A stretch of 62,638 nt of DNA, filler included, from Pseudobdellovibrionaceae bacterium (GCA_030591685.1; 5 parts of 5 records of this genome joined end to end with filler, not necessarily neighbours in it); one strand, 5' to 3'; shown: positions 1 through 10,464, numbered from the whole stretch's first letter. Numbers and translations: made by a program. The notes: generated from the sequence alone by a model not told the origin.

Positions 1-35
1 CCTCTCTCTACCATCTCAAATCTAAATTTAGACTC

Positions 36-67
36 AAAAAAAAAGATCCGAAAGGATCTTTTTTTTT
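36..67. terminator. Bidirectional intrinsic terminator
   Basis: A9-GATCC-GAAA-GGATC-T9 perfect hairpin, about 80 nt downstream of the minus-strand peroxiredoxin stop. Confidence 0.85.
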
Positions 68-149
68 GCCCAAAATATATTTTGGCCGCAAAATCTTTTT
101 ATGCGATCCAGGTAGTTTACTGCATCTTCTCACTCAAGCTTTATTTGAT

Positions 150-881
150 TTATTTCTTGAAGTAGCTTTCAAGCTCATTCGCGCCGCCAATGAGTTTTTC
201 ATCAATATAAATCTGCGGAGTTGTGGTGTTTCCGGTGACATTTCTCAAAGTTTTTGATGTGAGCTCTGGTCCTAATATAACCTCTTCAAAACCAATGCCC
301 TTTGACTTTAAAAGCTCCTTTGCTCTTTTGCAGTGTGGGCATCCTGGTTTTGAAAACACAGTGACGGGCTTAGGCTTTTCGGCCTTAGGCGCAACAAAAT
401 TAAGCATGGTATCTGCATCAGAGACCTCAAAGGGGTCGCCTGGCACATTAGGCTCTATGAACATTTTTTTAACAATACAGTCCTCAACAAGCATAGAATA
501 CCGCCATGATCTTTTCCCAAAGCCTAAGTCAGACTTGTCCACAAGCATCCCCATGCCAGCAGTGAACTCACCGTTACCATCAGGGATGAGTGTGATGTTA
601 TTAGCCTCTTGATCACTGGCCCAAGCATTCATAACAAAAGTATCGTTTACTGACAGGCAAATGATATCATCAACCCCATGGTTTTTAAAAACACCGGCCA
701 ACTCATTAAAGCGTGGCAAATGCGTGGACGAGCAGGTGGGGGTGAAGGCCCCGGGGAGTGAAAACACAACTACGTTTTTGTTTTTAAAGAGCTGATCTGA
801 TGAAACATCAACCCACTTTTCGCCATTTCGAGTTTTAAAAGTCACTGACGGTATTTTTTGTCCTTCTTTATTTTCAAGCAT
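150..881 (-). CDS. pgdx: Hybrid peroxiredoxin (Prx5)-glutaredoxin
   Basis: PGAFTPTCS peroxidatic motif, SVNDTFVMNAW and GKRSWRYSML; C-terminal Grx domain with CPHC and TTPQI. Confidence 0.93.
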   Translation of the reverse strand: MLENKEGQKIPSVTFKTRNGEKWVDVSSDQLFKNKNVVVFSLPGAFTPTCSSTHLPRFNELAGVFKNHGVDDIICLSVNDTFVMNAWASDQEANNITLIPDGNGEFTAGMGMLVDKSDLGFGKRSWRYSMLVEDCIVKKMFIEPNVPGDPFEVSDADTMLNFVAPKAEKPKPVTVFSKPGCPHCKRAKELLKSKGIGFEEVILGPELTSKTLRNVTGNTTTPQIYIDEKLIGGANELESYFKK

Positions 882-965
882 GATGATTTATCCCTATTCA
901 GACGGTTTGAGTTTTAAATTTAATAGAGGTGTATTTTTTTAAATTCGTTTATTCAAGTACAAACA

Positions 966-1160
966 TTACTTATCTTTTGTAGAGCACGTACTCATGCCTA
1001 ATAGCGCATAGGGCGGGCACCAGCCAACAAGCCCTGTAATAAGGGGTATTAACCCAAAAAAGAACCACGAGTTTGCAGGGCCTATAAAGGCAAGGCTAAT
1101 AAGCCCTAGCCCGATGAGGATTCTAAGGACTCTTTCGTATTTATGAATATTTGTCTTCAT
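966..1160 (-). CDS. DUF2892/YgaP-like small membrane protein
   Basis: ERVLRILIG, two hydrophobic segments, GWCPPYALLG..TC signature. Confidence 0.88.
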   Translation of the reverse strand: MKTNIHKYERVLRILIGLGLISLAFIGPANSWFFFGLIPLITGLVGWCPPYALLGMSTCSTKDK

Positions 1161-1428
1161 GATTTAAACCCCTTTATAATATCTGTATGGGCCCCAAAAA
1201 ATAAATTGTCACTAACGGGCATCATTTTTTAACGTCACCTGTTTTTTAGTTTAGAGCCGATCAAATAAAATTAATTATTAAACTTAAATCAGCCTATCAT
1301 ACTTTTTAGAAAGTACAGGTGTTTAACTTAAAAAATAAATATTAGTAATTTTTGAGGTATACGTTTGCTTCGCCAGGGTAATTATTAAAATAACGTGACG
1401 AAAAATTAATAAAATAATTGAGTTGGGG

Positions 1429-2790
1429 TTAAATGGACCCTTTTTGATAGGCTTTTCTATTAAAGACTTTTGTATATTCAGACTTTTCATTAATTTTAGA
1501 GGAACACTCCTTGGAGTCCTCACCACTGCAGCAATCAGACGAAATTTCAACAAGCTTAAGAAATAAACTTCTTTGTGGCTCCTTTGAAAGTGGCTGTAAC
1601 GTACTGTTGCCGTAGCTCGTTTCTGCTTTTAATTTTTGAAGTTGCTTTTTTGAATACTCATTCCAGCCAGAGGAGATGCTCGATTTTTCAGCTACTTTTT
1701 GTATGTTTTGTGCCGTTTTTTTAAAGTCCACTGAAGAGGTATAAGCTCTACATTTATTTGTATTATCCTGAACAGAAACATCTCCATCCTCTTTGGATCG
1801 ACAAAACGTACTATCTTTATTCGAAACAACCAGCCCCTCGAAAAACTGCAGCCCCTCGAGTTCAGAACTGTGGATGTTTTCATTAAGATACTTCAGGGCT
1901 TCGTCCCCCTCAGGCTTATTAAGTTGTTGATAGTATGTACTCTTAAACTCAGCTTTGAGGTGTGGCACTTTGTGCGTAACGTTGAGTTGATAATTGAAAT
2001 AATTTGTCATTCTACCTCTGGAGAGTCTAGAGTTTCTTTCATGAAGTTCCGGAGTGTATTCTTTACTTTGTTTAATCGACGTGGTGTCTTTTGAATTAAA
2101 AGAGCCAGTTAAATAGTAGTTACTTTCATTATTAGCAACTTCAAGTTTAAATCCGCCAGCATCTGTACAAGTAAGCTCTGCTGAATGATTAAGTTCTCTT
2201 GACTTAGATAGGCTAACTAGCGCCTCTCTAAAACTGTGCTCTCGGCCAGCGAGTAGGCTTTCGTACCAAGCAAGTGTTATGGACGTAAGGGGAGTGTTGT
2301 CATACTCAGCGTCAGCATAAGCTTTAGGACCAAAAAATAATTTCAAAAGACTACTTGTTTTTGTTTTTTTGAGAATTTGACTTAAATATTTGACTCGTTT
2401 CTCTAGACTGTCAGAAGGCCTATAGGTGTACTCGTACCCATTGAGTGAGAAAGCATCCTTTTTTAGAACAAGTAATTTCGCTGCGTGTGAGCCAGATCCA
2501 ATTATAAACAAATTTTTATCACGAATCACAGCGGCCAGTTTTTTTATATCGTGTTTGACCATATATTTTTTTAAAAACACTTGATCTTTTTTTGAAAAAC
2601 TAAAGTTTTTAAAGAGTTTTAAAATATTTTTTGACTCAAGTGATTTTTTTGTTATTTGGTCCCACTTTTTATAAGTGTTCTTTGAAAAGAGCTCTTCTTT
2701 GCTTTCAATACCCTTTGCTTCTGGGGTTAAGAAGCAAGCTACAGTGAAAAACAAAAAAATACGATTGAAAATTAAATTAGTTCTAAACAT
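1429..2790 (-). CDS. Hypothetical secreted protein
   Basis: 453-aa ORF with signal-peptide-like N-terminus (..PEAKG), an internal AYA motif and a C-terminal CC..C cluster; no family recognised. Confidence 0.7.
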   Translation of the reverse strand: MFRTNLIFNRIFLFFTVACFLTPEAKGIESKEELFSKNTYKKWDQITKKSLESKNILKLFKNFSFSKKDQVFLKKYMVKHDIKKLAAVIRDKNLFIIGSGSHAAKLLVLKKDAFSLNGYEYTYRPSDSLEKRVKYLSQILKKTKTSSLLKLFFGPKAYADAEYDNTPLTSITLAWYESLLAGREHSFREALVSLSKSRELNHSAELTCTDAGGFKLEVANNESNYYLTGSFNSKDTTSIKQSKEYTPELHERNSRLSRGRMTNYFNYQLNVTHKVPHLKAEFKSTYYQQLNKPEGDEALKYLNENIHSSELEGLQFFEGLVVSNKDSTFCRSKEDGDVSVQDNTNKCRAYTSSVDFKKTAQNIQKVAEKSSISSGWNEYSKKQLQKLKAETSYGNSTLQPLSKEPQRSLFLKLVEISSDCCSGEDSKECSSKINEKSEYTKVFNRKAYQKGSI

Positions 2791-2839
2791 TTATAAAGTA
2801 CCTTTTTTATACGGTCTATGCCGCTATAAACTCTTTTGC

Positions 2840-2867
2840 CTATCGGGTTTAAGAGGGGGTAAATTGA
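2840..2867 (-). promoter_or_regulatory. Possible sigma28/FliA-type promoter
   Basis: Minus strand TCAA-N16-CCCGATAG, about 50 nt upstream of the 2790 start; resembles TAAA-N15/16-GCCGATAA. Confidence 0.35.
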
Positions 2868-2998
2868 GGAGAGACAGGCGCTAAGAGGGCAAAGTTTAAA
2901 AAGAACGATTTAACTGTATCGAAGTGAGACTAATAAGTTATATTGTTTAAGAGTGGCTATGATATAATTATGCAGTACTAGTTTAAGGAGCAAAAATA

Positions 2999-3783
2999 GT
3001 GAAAAAAGGTTTCACATTAATTGAAATTATGATTGCGGTTGGGATTTTTGGTTTTTTAAGCTTATCTATGGCCAATTTATTTTATGGTCAGGTTAAAAAG
3101 GTCGGGTACCTTGAAGATCTTTTCGAAAAAGAAAAAATCAATCGTGAGGTTGTTGCCCTTCTTAAAAGTACATCATCTTGTAATGCGGCCCTGTTGGGAG
3201 TAATGGTTCATAATAGTACCCCCCCCAAAATGTCATTATAAAAAACAGTAGTGGAGGTGTAGCTTATTCAGACTCTGCAGTTAATGGGCGCGAAGGAACA
3301 TTTAGGGTTACATCTCTATTTATGCTTAATAAGGATGTCCCCGGACCGGAATCTTCTGGATTTGTAAATTTTTTTTTAGGTTTAGAGAGAATTAAAAAAG
3401 GGGGAGGGCCTACTGCTTTTAAGCCACTTGAATTTAGTGTGCGAGTCGTGACTGATTCAGCAAACAGAGTAACCAACTGCGCTAATTCATCTTCTGATAT
3501 TCAAGTGGACACAGGCATGGATCTACACGGCACTATAGTCGAGCCTCTCCCTGGGTATATTAAGGACGACTGTAAATTTATGGCTGCTCAGGGGAGGATC
3601 GATGAGTCAGGGAGGCCTAATAATGGATCTTTTGATAGAGACGACTTTAGGTCCGCCTACTGGGAGGACGTTGACGACCCACCGGGCTGGAAGATTATAA
3701 CAGCTATGATTAGTGAAAAACACAACACCGAAAAAGTGGATGTTGGAAGTGATACTGCCAGTTGGATTTTGATCTGCCAATAA
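2999..3783 (+). CDS. Prepilin-type (N-terminal cleavage/methylation) protein, frameshifted at a C8 tract
   Basis: KKGFTLIEIMIAV class III signal peptide. ORFs 2999-3241 and 3322-3783 join into one open frame if C8 (3219-3226) becomes C9 or C6. Confidence 0.8.
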
Positions 3784-3831
3784 AACAAAGCCTATTAGAT
3801 AAAGACATTCAACTAAATTACGATTTGTAAA

Positions 3832-4101
3832 TTATAATGAAATAAGCCCTGTAATTTCAGAGCACTCTTCATAAAGGCTCATCACCTCAGAGCTTGAAAT
3901 GACGTATTTATTAATTGTGACGCTTATGTAGTTACCCTTTTTGGAGTCTTTGGTGTGAAACTCATCGCGCTCAAAGACCTCTCTGAGTTCAGAAAGCTTA
4001 CCTTTAGGGATTACAAATTTAAAAGTATAAGTGCAAGGCCAATCATGATGACCATCAAGGAGCTGTTTGAATTTTTCGGCGTCAAAGGGCTTACTATTCA
4101 T
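3832..4101 (-). CDS. DUF493/YbeD-like protein
   Basis: WPCTYTFKF and SKKGNYISVTI motifs; ends GLISL. Confidence 0.85.
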   Translation of the reverse strand: MNSKPFDAEKFKQLLDGHHDWPCTYTFKFVIPKGKLSELREVFERDEFHTKDSKKGNYISVTINKYVISSSEVMSLYEECSEITGLISL

Positions 4102-4179
4102 AGTGTTTTATTTTAACACAGATAAAAAGGGAGGAAAACAGTTTGTTTGTCTTGTCGTGTTTTAAAACAGTGATCAATT

Positions 4180-5499
4180 TTAAACCTTTTTTTGAGTCAA
4201 TTTAGAGTATTGTAAAAATAAGTATAAGCAAACGAGTGCAAAAATTAAAAAAGATAAGTTTAAATTAAACTCAAGAGTATTCACAAGGCTAGGGATGCCC
4301 ACACCCTTTGAAACTAAATAAAAACAGTACCCGGCCATTAATATATGCCCCGGAAAGGTAGAGTAAGCCAGCTCTTTTGATTTAATCACCTTTGTTTGGT
4401 GAATTTGTTTTAACGTAAGTACGCCAATAGTTTTTAACCCAAGGCTCATGAGTAACGGGTAAATTAAAAATAAAACATAAGTGAACACATGAGGTAGAAA
4501 ATCAAAATTTCGGGCATGAAACCGTGAAAAGGCAAGGCTGGTTAGTAGTACTAAGCCCGCCGCCAATAATAAATTAAATTTATGATGATTCACTAAAAAT
4601 TGACCGATCCAGTGAGAGAACAACCCCCCCAAGTACTCGTACCCTAAAACAAACATTAAAATAACGCCCCAGAGGTTGAACTGGGTTTTTACAGTGTCAT
4701 TTAAACATAAGCTTATAAACATAAAGTAACATGAGCTCATCAATAGCAGCATTGACAAGGAGTTGATAATGGCTAAATAGGCCGTTTGAGCGGTTACAGA
4801 ATAGGCCGCTGCGGGGAGTGAGTCATTACTGTCATCGGCTGCGATATTTGCCAGTACAGATTGAAACTTTCTTTCATCGCGGTAAATCTTAATAATCATT
4901 GCTATATTTAACGCTATTGTAAATAACAGTAAGAGCTCAATTTTATAGTAGTTGTATAAAAAATAGCTCAGCGCCACGATAAGAAGTATTGATCCTAGGT
5001 TCATAAAGGCAGACCATGACCAGTACGAAAAGGTACGATTTTGTTTATGCTGAATAAAACTGTTTTTTTGTAGTGAGCTTAAGTACCTTTGAGCGAACTC
5101 TTGATAAAAATCCTCAATGTGCCCTTGGGTTAAAGACTGCCCCACGCCTAATAAGACTCCACTGAGGCTAATAAATACTGGGGTGACAAGTGAAGAGTTG
5201 TCTGAGGTAAAAAACACGGCAATTAAAAAAACATCTGCTAATATTTTAAAAAATAAACCAATCACTCCTAAGCGAAAAGACGCCAAGGCTGATTTTTTAG
5301 TTTTAGAAAAGTACATGTCAAAGACGGTAAAAGAAAGCCTCTCAAAGGCCGTAAAAAGTGCCAAGCTAATAACAGGGAGTCCACCAAGAGCACCTAACAG
5401 GAGTCTAATAACAAGGCTCTTAGCTAAAGCGGCATTGCCCTTGAGTAATTGATAGACTTGGATATTTTTTTTGAGTCGAGCTGTAATAACATTAGGCAT
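4180..5499 (-). CDS. Polytopic membrane protein, possibly a divergent MFS transporter
   Basis: Roughly 11-12 hydrophobic segments in two halves separated by a polar loop. Confidence 0.6.
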   Translation of the reverse strand: MPNVITARLKKNIQVYQLLKGNAALAKSLVIRLLLGALGGLPVISLALFTAFERLSFTVFDMYFSKTKKSALASFRLGVIGLFFKILADVFLIAVFFTSDNSSLVTPVFISLSGVLLGVGQSLTQGHIEDFYQEFAQRYLSSLQKNSFIQHKQNRTFSYWSWSAFMNLGSILLIVALSYFLYNYYKIELLLLFTIALNIAMIIKIYRDERKFQSVLANIAADDSNDSLPAAAYSVTAQTAYLAIINSLSMLLLMSSCYFMFISLCLNDTVKTQFNLWGVILMFVLGYEYLGGLFSHWIGQFLVNHHKFNLLLAAGLVLLTSLAFSRFHARNFDFLPHVFTYVLFLIYPLLMSLGLKTIGVLTLKQIHQTKVIKSKELAYSTFPGHILMAGYCFYLVSKGVGIPSLVNTLEFNLNLSFLIFALVCLYLFLQYSKLTQKKV

Positions 5500-5562
5500 A
5501 AGTCGCTAATCTAAAGCAACTTAGACTTGTTGGCTAAGGTTTTTTTAGGCTTATTTTTAGTA

Positions 5563-5946
5563 CTACTGGGCTCTCATGCGGTAGTTTAGTTGAAGCGCTT
5601 TTTTACCCAAGCCCTGTAAAGTGAGAGAGAGGCTCTTTTGGTTCATATTTACATGTAAAGTCTCAAAAGGACTTAAGTTTTCTTGAGCAGGTGATCTTAA
5701 GTTCATTGTAGTTTGCACCGCATCAATGAGTTCTTCTTGAGCGTAGAACTGTACTTCAACATTATTATCGCTGTGCAGGCTAACTGCTATTTTATCAGGC
5801 ACTATTAAGTCCTCAGGGGGAATAAGGCAAATTATACAGCCGCCATCTCTTAGGGTGGGCTCAATATCAAATACATAATCTTGAACCACTCGAGCATGGC
5901 TGCTGAGTGACATAAAAACGACTAAGCTAGAGATGATGAATTTCAT
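5563..5946 (-). CDS. Small secreted hypothetical protein
   Basis: Signal peptide MKFIISSLVVFMSLSSHA; CIIC motif; GGAGG ribosome-binding site. Confidence 0.75.
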   Translation of the reverse strand: MKFIISSLVVFMSLSSHARVVQDYVFDIEPTLRDGGCIICLIPPEDLIVPDKIAVSLHSDNNVEVQFYAQEELIDAVQTTMNLRSPAQENLSPFETLHVNMNQKSLSLTLQGLGKKALQLNYRMRAQ

Positions 5947-6004
5947 AAGCCCTCCAAGGCTAGTGGCAAACTGTCACCAGTTATACCGGTCTCACCTACT
6001 TAAG

Positions 6005-6020
6005 AGCAAGAGTTATACCA
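6005..6020 (-). promoter_or_regulatory. sigma54 (-24/-12) promoter
   Basis: Minus strand TGGTAT-AACTC-TTGCT (GG-N10-GC), about 60 nt upstream of the 5946 start. Confidence 0.65.
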
Positions 6021-6255
6021 TTCATGAGAGCCAATTAAAGGGCTTTAAGGACAAATTAAGGGGCAAAGTGGCTCTAAACAGGGGATGTTTTAGTGGTGAT
6101 TGAAAAAATAGCAATTTGTAATGCTCTGTGAAACTTTAAAATACCTAGGGACAAGTCACATAACTTAACGTAAATTACACACCGTCAGTAAACAAATGAT
6201 GTATTTTTTAAAAGCCTCACTAATAAATGGGGTTTAAACATAAGGGGGCTCTTTT

Positions 6256-6969
6256 ATGAAAATTTTAGGTTTAGACTTTGAAACCACTGGCCTTAAAGCA
6301 GGGCAAGATCGAGTGATAGAGGTGGGGGCTGTTATTTGGGACACCGAAACTAAAAAGCCCTTAACTATATACTCAGAGCTTGTGAAGCCTGAAGGTTTTA
6401 TCGGGCTTTCTGCCGAAATTCATAGCATTACAGGTATTGATGACCAAACACTGTATGACTACGGTATTGAGGGCTCAGCCCCCTTTGAAAAACTACTGCA
6501 ACTTATTTCAGGGGTGGACTATGTGGTCGCTCATAATGCAAGTTTTGATAAATCTTTTTTAGACGCTGAGCTTGCATTTTTTAATCTCCCAAAGTGCGAG
6601 GCGAAGTGGCTCGACACACTAACAGACGTTCCTTACCGATCGAGCATTCAAACAAGAAAGTTAGACTATTTGGCCGCTGAGCATAAGGTTTTAAACCCGT
6701 TTTCTCATAGGGCTGTATTTGATGTGTTAACAATGCTCAATGTATTAGACAAATATGATATTGAGAGTGTTGTTCAGAGGTCTAAGAGCCCTAACGTTGA
6801 AGTCACTGCCCTTGTTAGTTTTGAAGAAAAAGACAAAGCCAAAAACTTAGGGTTTCGTTGGGATGGAAAGACGAAAAGGTGGTTTAAAGACTTTAAGGCC
6901 TGTGATATTGAAACCACAGAGTTTCCCTTTAAGGTTGATGTGCAAGAAAAACAAATGTCATTAAATTAG
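6256..6969 (+). CDS. DEDDh 3'-5' exonuclease (DnaQ-like) with a short C-terminal DUF5710-like domain
   Basis: LDFETTG, VAHNASFD, HRAVFD; C-terminal EEKDKAKNLGFRWD..KRW. Confidence 0.9.
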   Translation: MKILGLDFETTGLKAGQDRVIEVGAVIWDTETKKPLTIYSELVKPEGFIGLSAEIHSITGIDDQTLYDYGIEGSAPFEKLLQLISGVDYVVAHNASFDKSFLDAELAFFNLPKCEAKWLDTLTDVPYRSSIQTRKLDYLAAEHKVLNPFSHRAVFDVLTMLNVLDKYDIESVVQRSKSPNVEVTALVSFEEKDKAKNLGFRWDGKTKRWFKDFKACDIETTEFPFKVDVQEKQMSLN

Positions 6970-6987
6970 TTTTTTTAGAGGTATTCG

Positions 6988-9018
6988 TTGAGTCAATGGA
7001 CAAAGGGTTTAAACCCTGAGCAAAAACAAGCGGTACTTCACAACCATGGTCCGCTATTAATATTAGCGGGCGCTGGATCTGGTAAAACAACGGTCTTAGT
7101 GGCTCGAACAGGGCGGCTTATTGACGAGGGCATTGCAAAGCCAAAAAATATTTGCGTGCTCACATTTACAAATAAAGCCGCTAGAGAGCTAAAACAAAGA
7201 GTTCAGATTAATATAGGCGAAAAAGCTGCCAAAGGTATTTGGGCGGGGACCTTTCACTCGTTTGGTTTAAGTATTTTAAAAAAACATGCTCGTAAAGTGG
7301 GGATGTCTAAAAGTTTTGGGATTATTGACTCTTCTGATGCGACCTCTATTGTAAAGCAACTTTTAAAAAACACCTCAGTCTCTGATAAAGAAAGTTTTGA
7401 TGCGGATAAAATACTGTCTATGATTTCAAGTTGGAGAGAGCATAATCAGAAATCCGCAAAAACTGAGGACCCCTACGAGCACATAACACAAATGATTTTA
7501 CCAAAATACCTAAAGCAACTAGATTTTTTAGGTGTTGTTGATTTTGATGGTTTATTAATTAAACCCTTAGAGCTCTTTTCAAAGCACCCCGAAGTATTAT
7601 TAGAGTATCAACAACAGTTTACTCAACTTATGGTGGATGAATTTCAAGATACAAATTTTGTTCAAATGCAGCTCGTTGATCTTTTAGTAAAAGAACATCA
7701 AAATATTGGTGTTGTTGGGGACGACGATCAATCTATTTATGGTTGGAGAGGGGCTAAGGTCCAAAATATTTTAAATTTTCCAAGTAAACACAAAGCCTGT
7801 AAAGTGGTTCGCTTGGTTCGCAATTATCGCTCTAAAGAATCTATATTAAATGTAGCCAATGCTTTGATTGCTAAAAATAAAGATCGTCACCCTAAAGAGC
7901 TATTGGCCTCAGGCTACGATGATGTTGGCGAAAAGCCTGAAGTATTTACTTACGAAAATGAAGACCAAGAGGCTGATGAAGTGGTCCAACAAATACATTA
8001 TTTTTCGCGCCTTGGGTATAGCTACAAAGATATAGCCATTTTATATAGATCTAACGCTCAAGGAGGGCTTTTAGAAGGTGTTTTTAAACAAAACCAAATA
8101 CCTTATTCGTTAACAGGCGGCAGTAACTTTTTTGAAAGAAAAGAAGTAAAAGATGTTCTAGCTTATATTAGGTGCGCTATGGCTCCCAATGAGGTGTCTT
8201 TTAGAAGGATTTTAAACACCCCTAATAGGGGCATTGGCGAAGTGACTTTAAAAAAAATGCTCGACTATGCTCATGAAAAAAACATGAGCTTATTTAAAGC
8301 CACCACTTGTTGGTCCCAAATGGATATTAAACCCAGCATTGGTGAGAGCTTAGATCAGCTACATCGATTTATAAAAACACTACCAACCTATGTCTTAAAG
8401 CCCGAAGGGGGCTTAAGCACAGGGGCCACTTTGTTAAAATTAATGACTGAAATGGGCTTTAAGGAGTATGTTTTAAACTCTTATAAGGAGCGCTCTTCGG
8501 GATTTAAAAGGTGGGCTTTGGTAGAAATTTTCTCACGAGTACTAGATAGTTTTATTGCCAAATCTGGAGCCAACCTAAAAACCTTGAGAGATTTTATTGA
8601 CTGCATGGAGTTAAGGGACCAAATCGAAGAGAGTCAGTCGGATGAAAGCCCCGACAAGGTGCAGCTCATGACGCTTCACTCATGTAAGGGATTGGAGTTT
8701 CCAGTGGTGATTATACTGGGTGTTGAAGAGGATGTGATCCCACATCAACGCTTAGGTACAAACATATCAGAAGAAAGAAGATTGTTTTACGTGGGCCTAA
8801 CAAGAGCAAAAGAGCGACTCGTTTTAACCCGTGCTGAACAAAGAAAGAAATTTGGGAGATGGCAGATCTCAGCCCCCTCACGATTTTTACTCGAAATCCC
8901 AGAAGAGACCTTAACTAATTACAACGGCCCCTTTAGGCCTGTTAAAGAAGAAGAGCGAAAAAGTATGCTGAGTGATTTATTTGAAAAAATAAATAATAAT
9001 AACAGCGTTAAAATTTAA
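6988..9018 (+). CDS. uvrD: UvrD/Rep/PcrA family DNA helicase
   Basis: LNPEQ, AGAGSGKT, TFTNKAA, VDEFQDTN, VGDDDQSIYGWRGA, NYRS, KGLEF, EERRLFYVGLTRAK. Confidence 0.95.
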   Translation: MSQWTKGLNPEQKQAVLHNHGPLLILAGAGSGKTTVLVARTGRLIDEGIAKPKNICVLTFTNKAARELKQRVQINIGEKAAKGIWAGTFHSFGLSILKKHARKVGMSKSFGIIDSSDATSIVKQLLKNTSVSDKESFDADKILSMISSWREHNQKSAKTEDPYEHITQMILPKYLKQLDFLGVVDFDGLLIKPLELFSKHPEVLLEYQQQFTQLMVDEFQDTNFVQMQLVDLLVKEHQNIGVVGDDDQSIYGWRGAKVQNILNFPSKHKACKVVRLVRNYRSKESILNVANALIAKNKDRHPKELLASGYDDVGEKPEVFTYENEDQEADEVVQQIHYFSRLGYSYKDIAILYRSNAQGGLLEGVFKQNQIPYSLTGGSNFFERKEVKDVLAYIRCAMAPNEVSFRRILNTPNRGIGEVTLKKMLDYAHEKNMSLFKATTCWSQMDIKPSIGESLDQLHRFIKTLPTYVLKPEGGLSTGATLLKLMTEMGFKEYVLNSYKERSSGFKRWALVEIFSRVLDSFIAKSGANLKTLRDFIDCMELRDQIEESQSDESPDKVQLMTLHSCKGLEFPVVIILGVEEDVIPHQRLGTNISEERRLFYVGLTRAKERLVLTRAEQRKKFGRWQISAPSRFLLEIPEETLTNYNGPFRPVKEEERKSMLSDLFEKINNNNSVKI

Positions 9019-9028
9019 TGTGAATTAT

Positions 9029-10306
9029 TTAGAAAAACAACTGCAAATCAAACTGAGTGTATTGTACCTTTTCAGTGCTTAAACCGCTTATTAGGTCAGA
9101 GTTTGAAAGCGTAAATTTAAGCGGAAGTAAAAAACTCCCATTTAAAAAATCTTTAATGGTCGAGTAGGTCAATCCATAAGTAACGGTCTGCGATTGGTAG
9201 TTAGAGTTTCGGCTGAGTTGTGCGTAATTAAAGTCTTGTTTTTTACCAGAGTAATTGTCTTTTTGAGTTTCTGTGTGGAGGATCTGAGTAAAAAACTCTG
9301 TATTTTTAAGTAGCTCAGAGGACACTCCAAGTAAGACCTCCGTGATGGGTCCTTTTTTAAAAACTACAGTCTCCTTGTCTTCGGCTAGGGGGGCATCACT
9401 TGTTAACCTAATGGTTTGTCGTGATAAAAAGTAATGTTTATAAGAGGCCGAAGCGCTCACTGTTAGCAGAGGCCCCAGTAGGGGAAAGTCATGGATGGTC
9501 TCTATGTTTGTAGCATAAGACCCGGTGCCAAAGGCAAAGTCAGTTAATATGTCCGGATCATCCACGCGACCTATGGGGACGTCAACCCCCCAACGAAGTG
9601 CATGCCGGGCCTTTAAGCTGAGTAAATAATTGTAGTGTAAAAATAAACGGGCATCTCCAAAACCAACACCATGCCAACTGCCAATGGGCTTATAACCCAT
9701 TTCATTCACTAAATAGTTATGCATTATTTCAGGGGTGATTTGAGGAGCCTTCTCTAAAATTTGCGCAATAAGGCTTAATTTTTGCTTCACGTCTTCAGGT
9801 GCTGTGGACGACTGTTGACGTAATTTTTTTGCAGCAATAACTAAAGAGTTAGAAGGTTTGTAATGACCCTTTAGCGTAACCGTCGCATTTATGATGGGGA
9901 CCCCAACGCCCAACATCAAGCGACTTGAAAGGCCCCAGCCTAGCCCCAAAATCTGTGCCTTTGCTGTTACTTTAGGGGAGATATGAAAGCTTCCAAAGTT
10001 GAGGTTGTTTGAGATCCCCGGGTGCACACTTTCTAGCTCATCAATAACTTTTTGCGCCTTAGGGGATGCAGAGCTAAAGTCCTTTAAATTTAAAGTCGAA
10101 TTTACATTAAAGGTACTAAACCGGCCAAAGGCATCGTACTCACCAGGGGATGAAAAGTTCATTTGGCTAAAGTAAATAGCCTTTCGGCCCTCAGGTAATA
10201 TTTGAGTTCGACCCACTGAAGGGAAGGCCTGTAGGTCCACTGAAGACAGGAGAAAAATAAAGCTTAAAAGACCGTTTTTTATACTCATATGTGAGGAGTT
10301 GTACAT
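9029..10306 (-). CDS. Putative outer-membrane beta-barrel protein
   Basis: Signal peptide, alternating beta-strand pattern, C-terminal Phe (FDLQLFF). Confidence 0.6.
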   Translation of the reverse strand: MYNSSHMSIKNGLLSFIFLLSSVDLQAFPSVGRTQILPEGRKAIYFSQMNFSSPGEYDAFGRFSTFNVNSTLNLKDFSSASPKAQKVIDELESVHPGISNNLNFGSFHISPKVTAKAQILGLGWGLSSRLMLGVGVPIINATVTLKGHYKPSNSLVIAAKKLRQQSSTAPEDVKQKLSLIAQILEKAPQITPEIMHNYLVNEMGYKPIGSWHGVGFGDARLFLHYNYLLSLKARHALRWGVDVPIGRVDDPDILTDFAFGTGSYATNIETIHDFPLLGPLLTVSASASYKHYFLSRQTIRLTSDAPLAEDKETVVFKKGPITEVLLGVSSELLKNTEFFTQILHTETQKDNYSGKKQDFNYAQLSRNSNYQSQTVTYGLTYSTIKDFLNGSFLLPLKFTLSNSDLISGLSTEKVQYTQFDLQLFF

Positions 10307-10464
10307 ATTTCATGCTTTTTAAGCAAACCAGAACTTAAAAAATCATTGTTTTGATTTTTTTATACATGGCGCAATTGAAGGCGATACACTTTTATTTACT
10401 GAGGATCTATAAAATTTAAAGTTCTGGACATTTAATAAGAAGTAAGAAAGTTTAGGGTCTTCAA

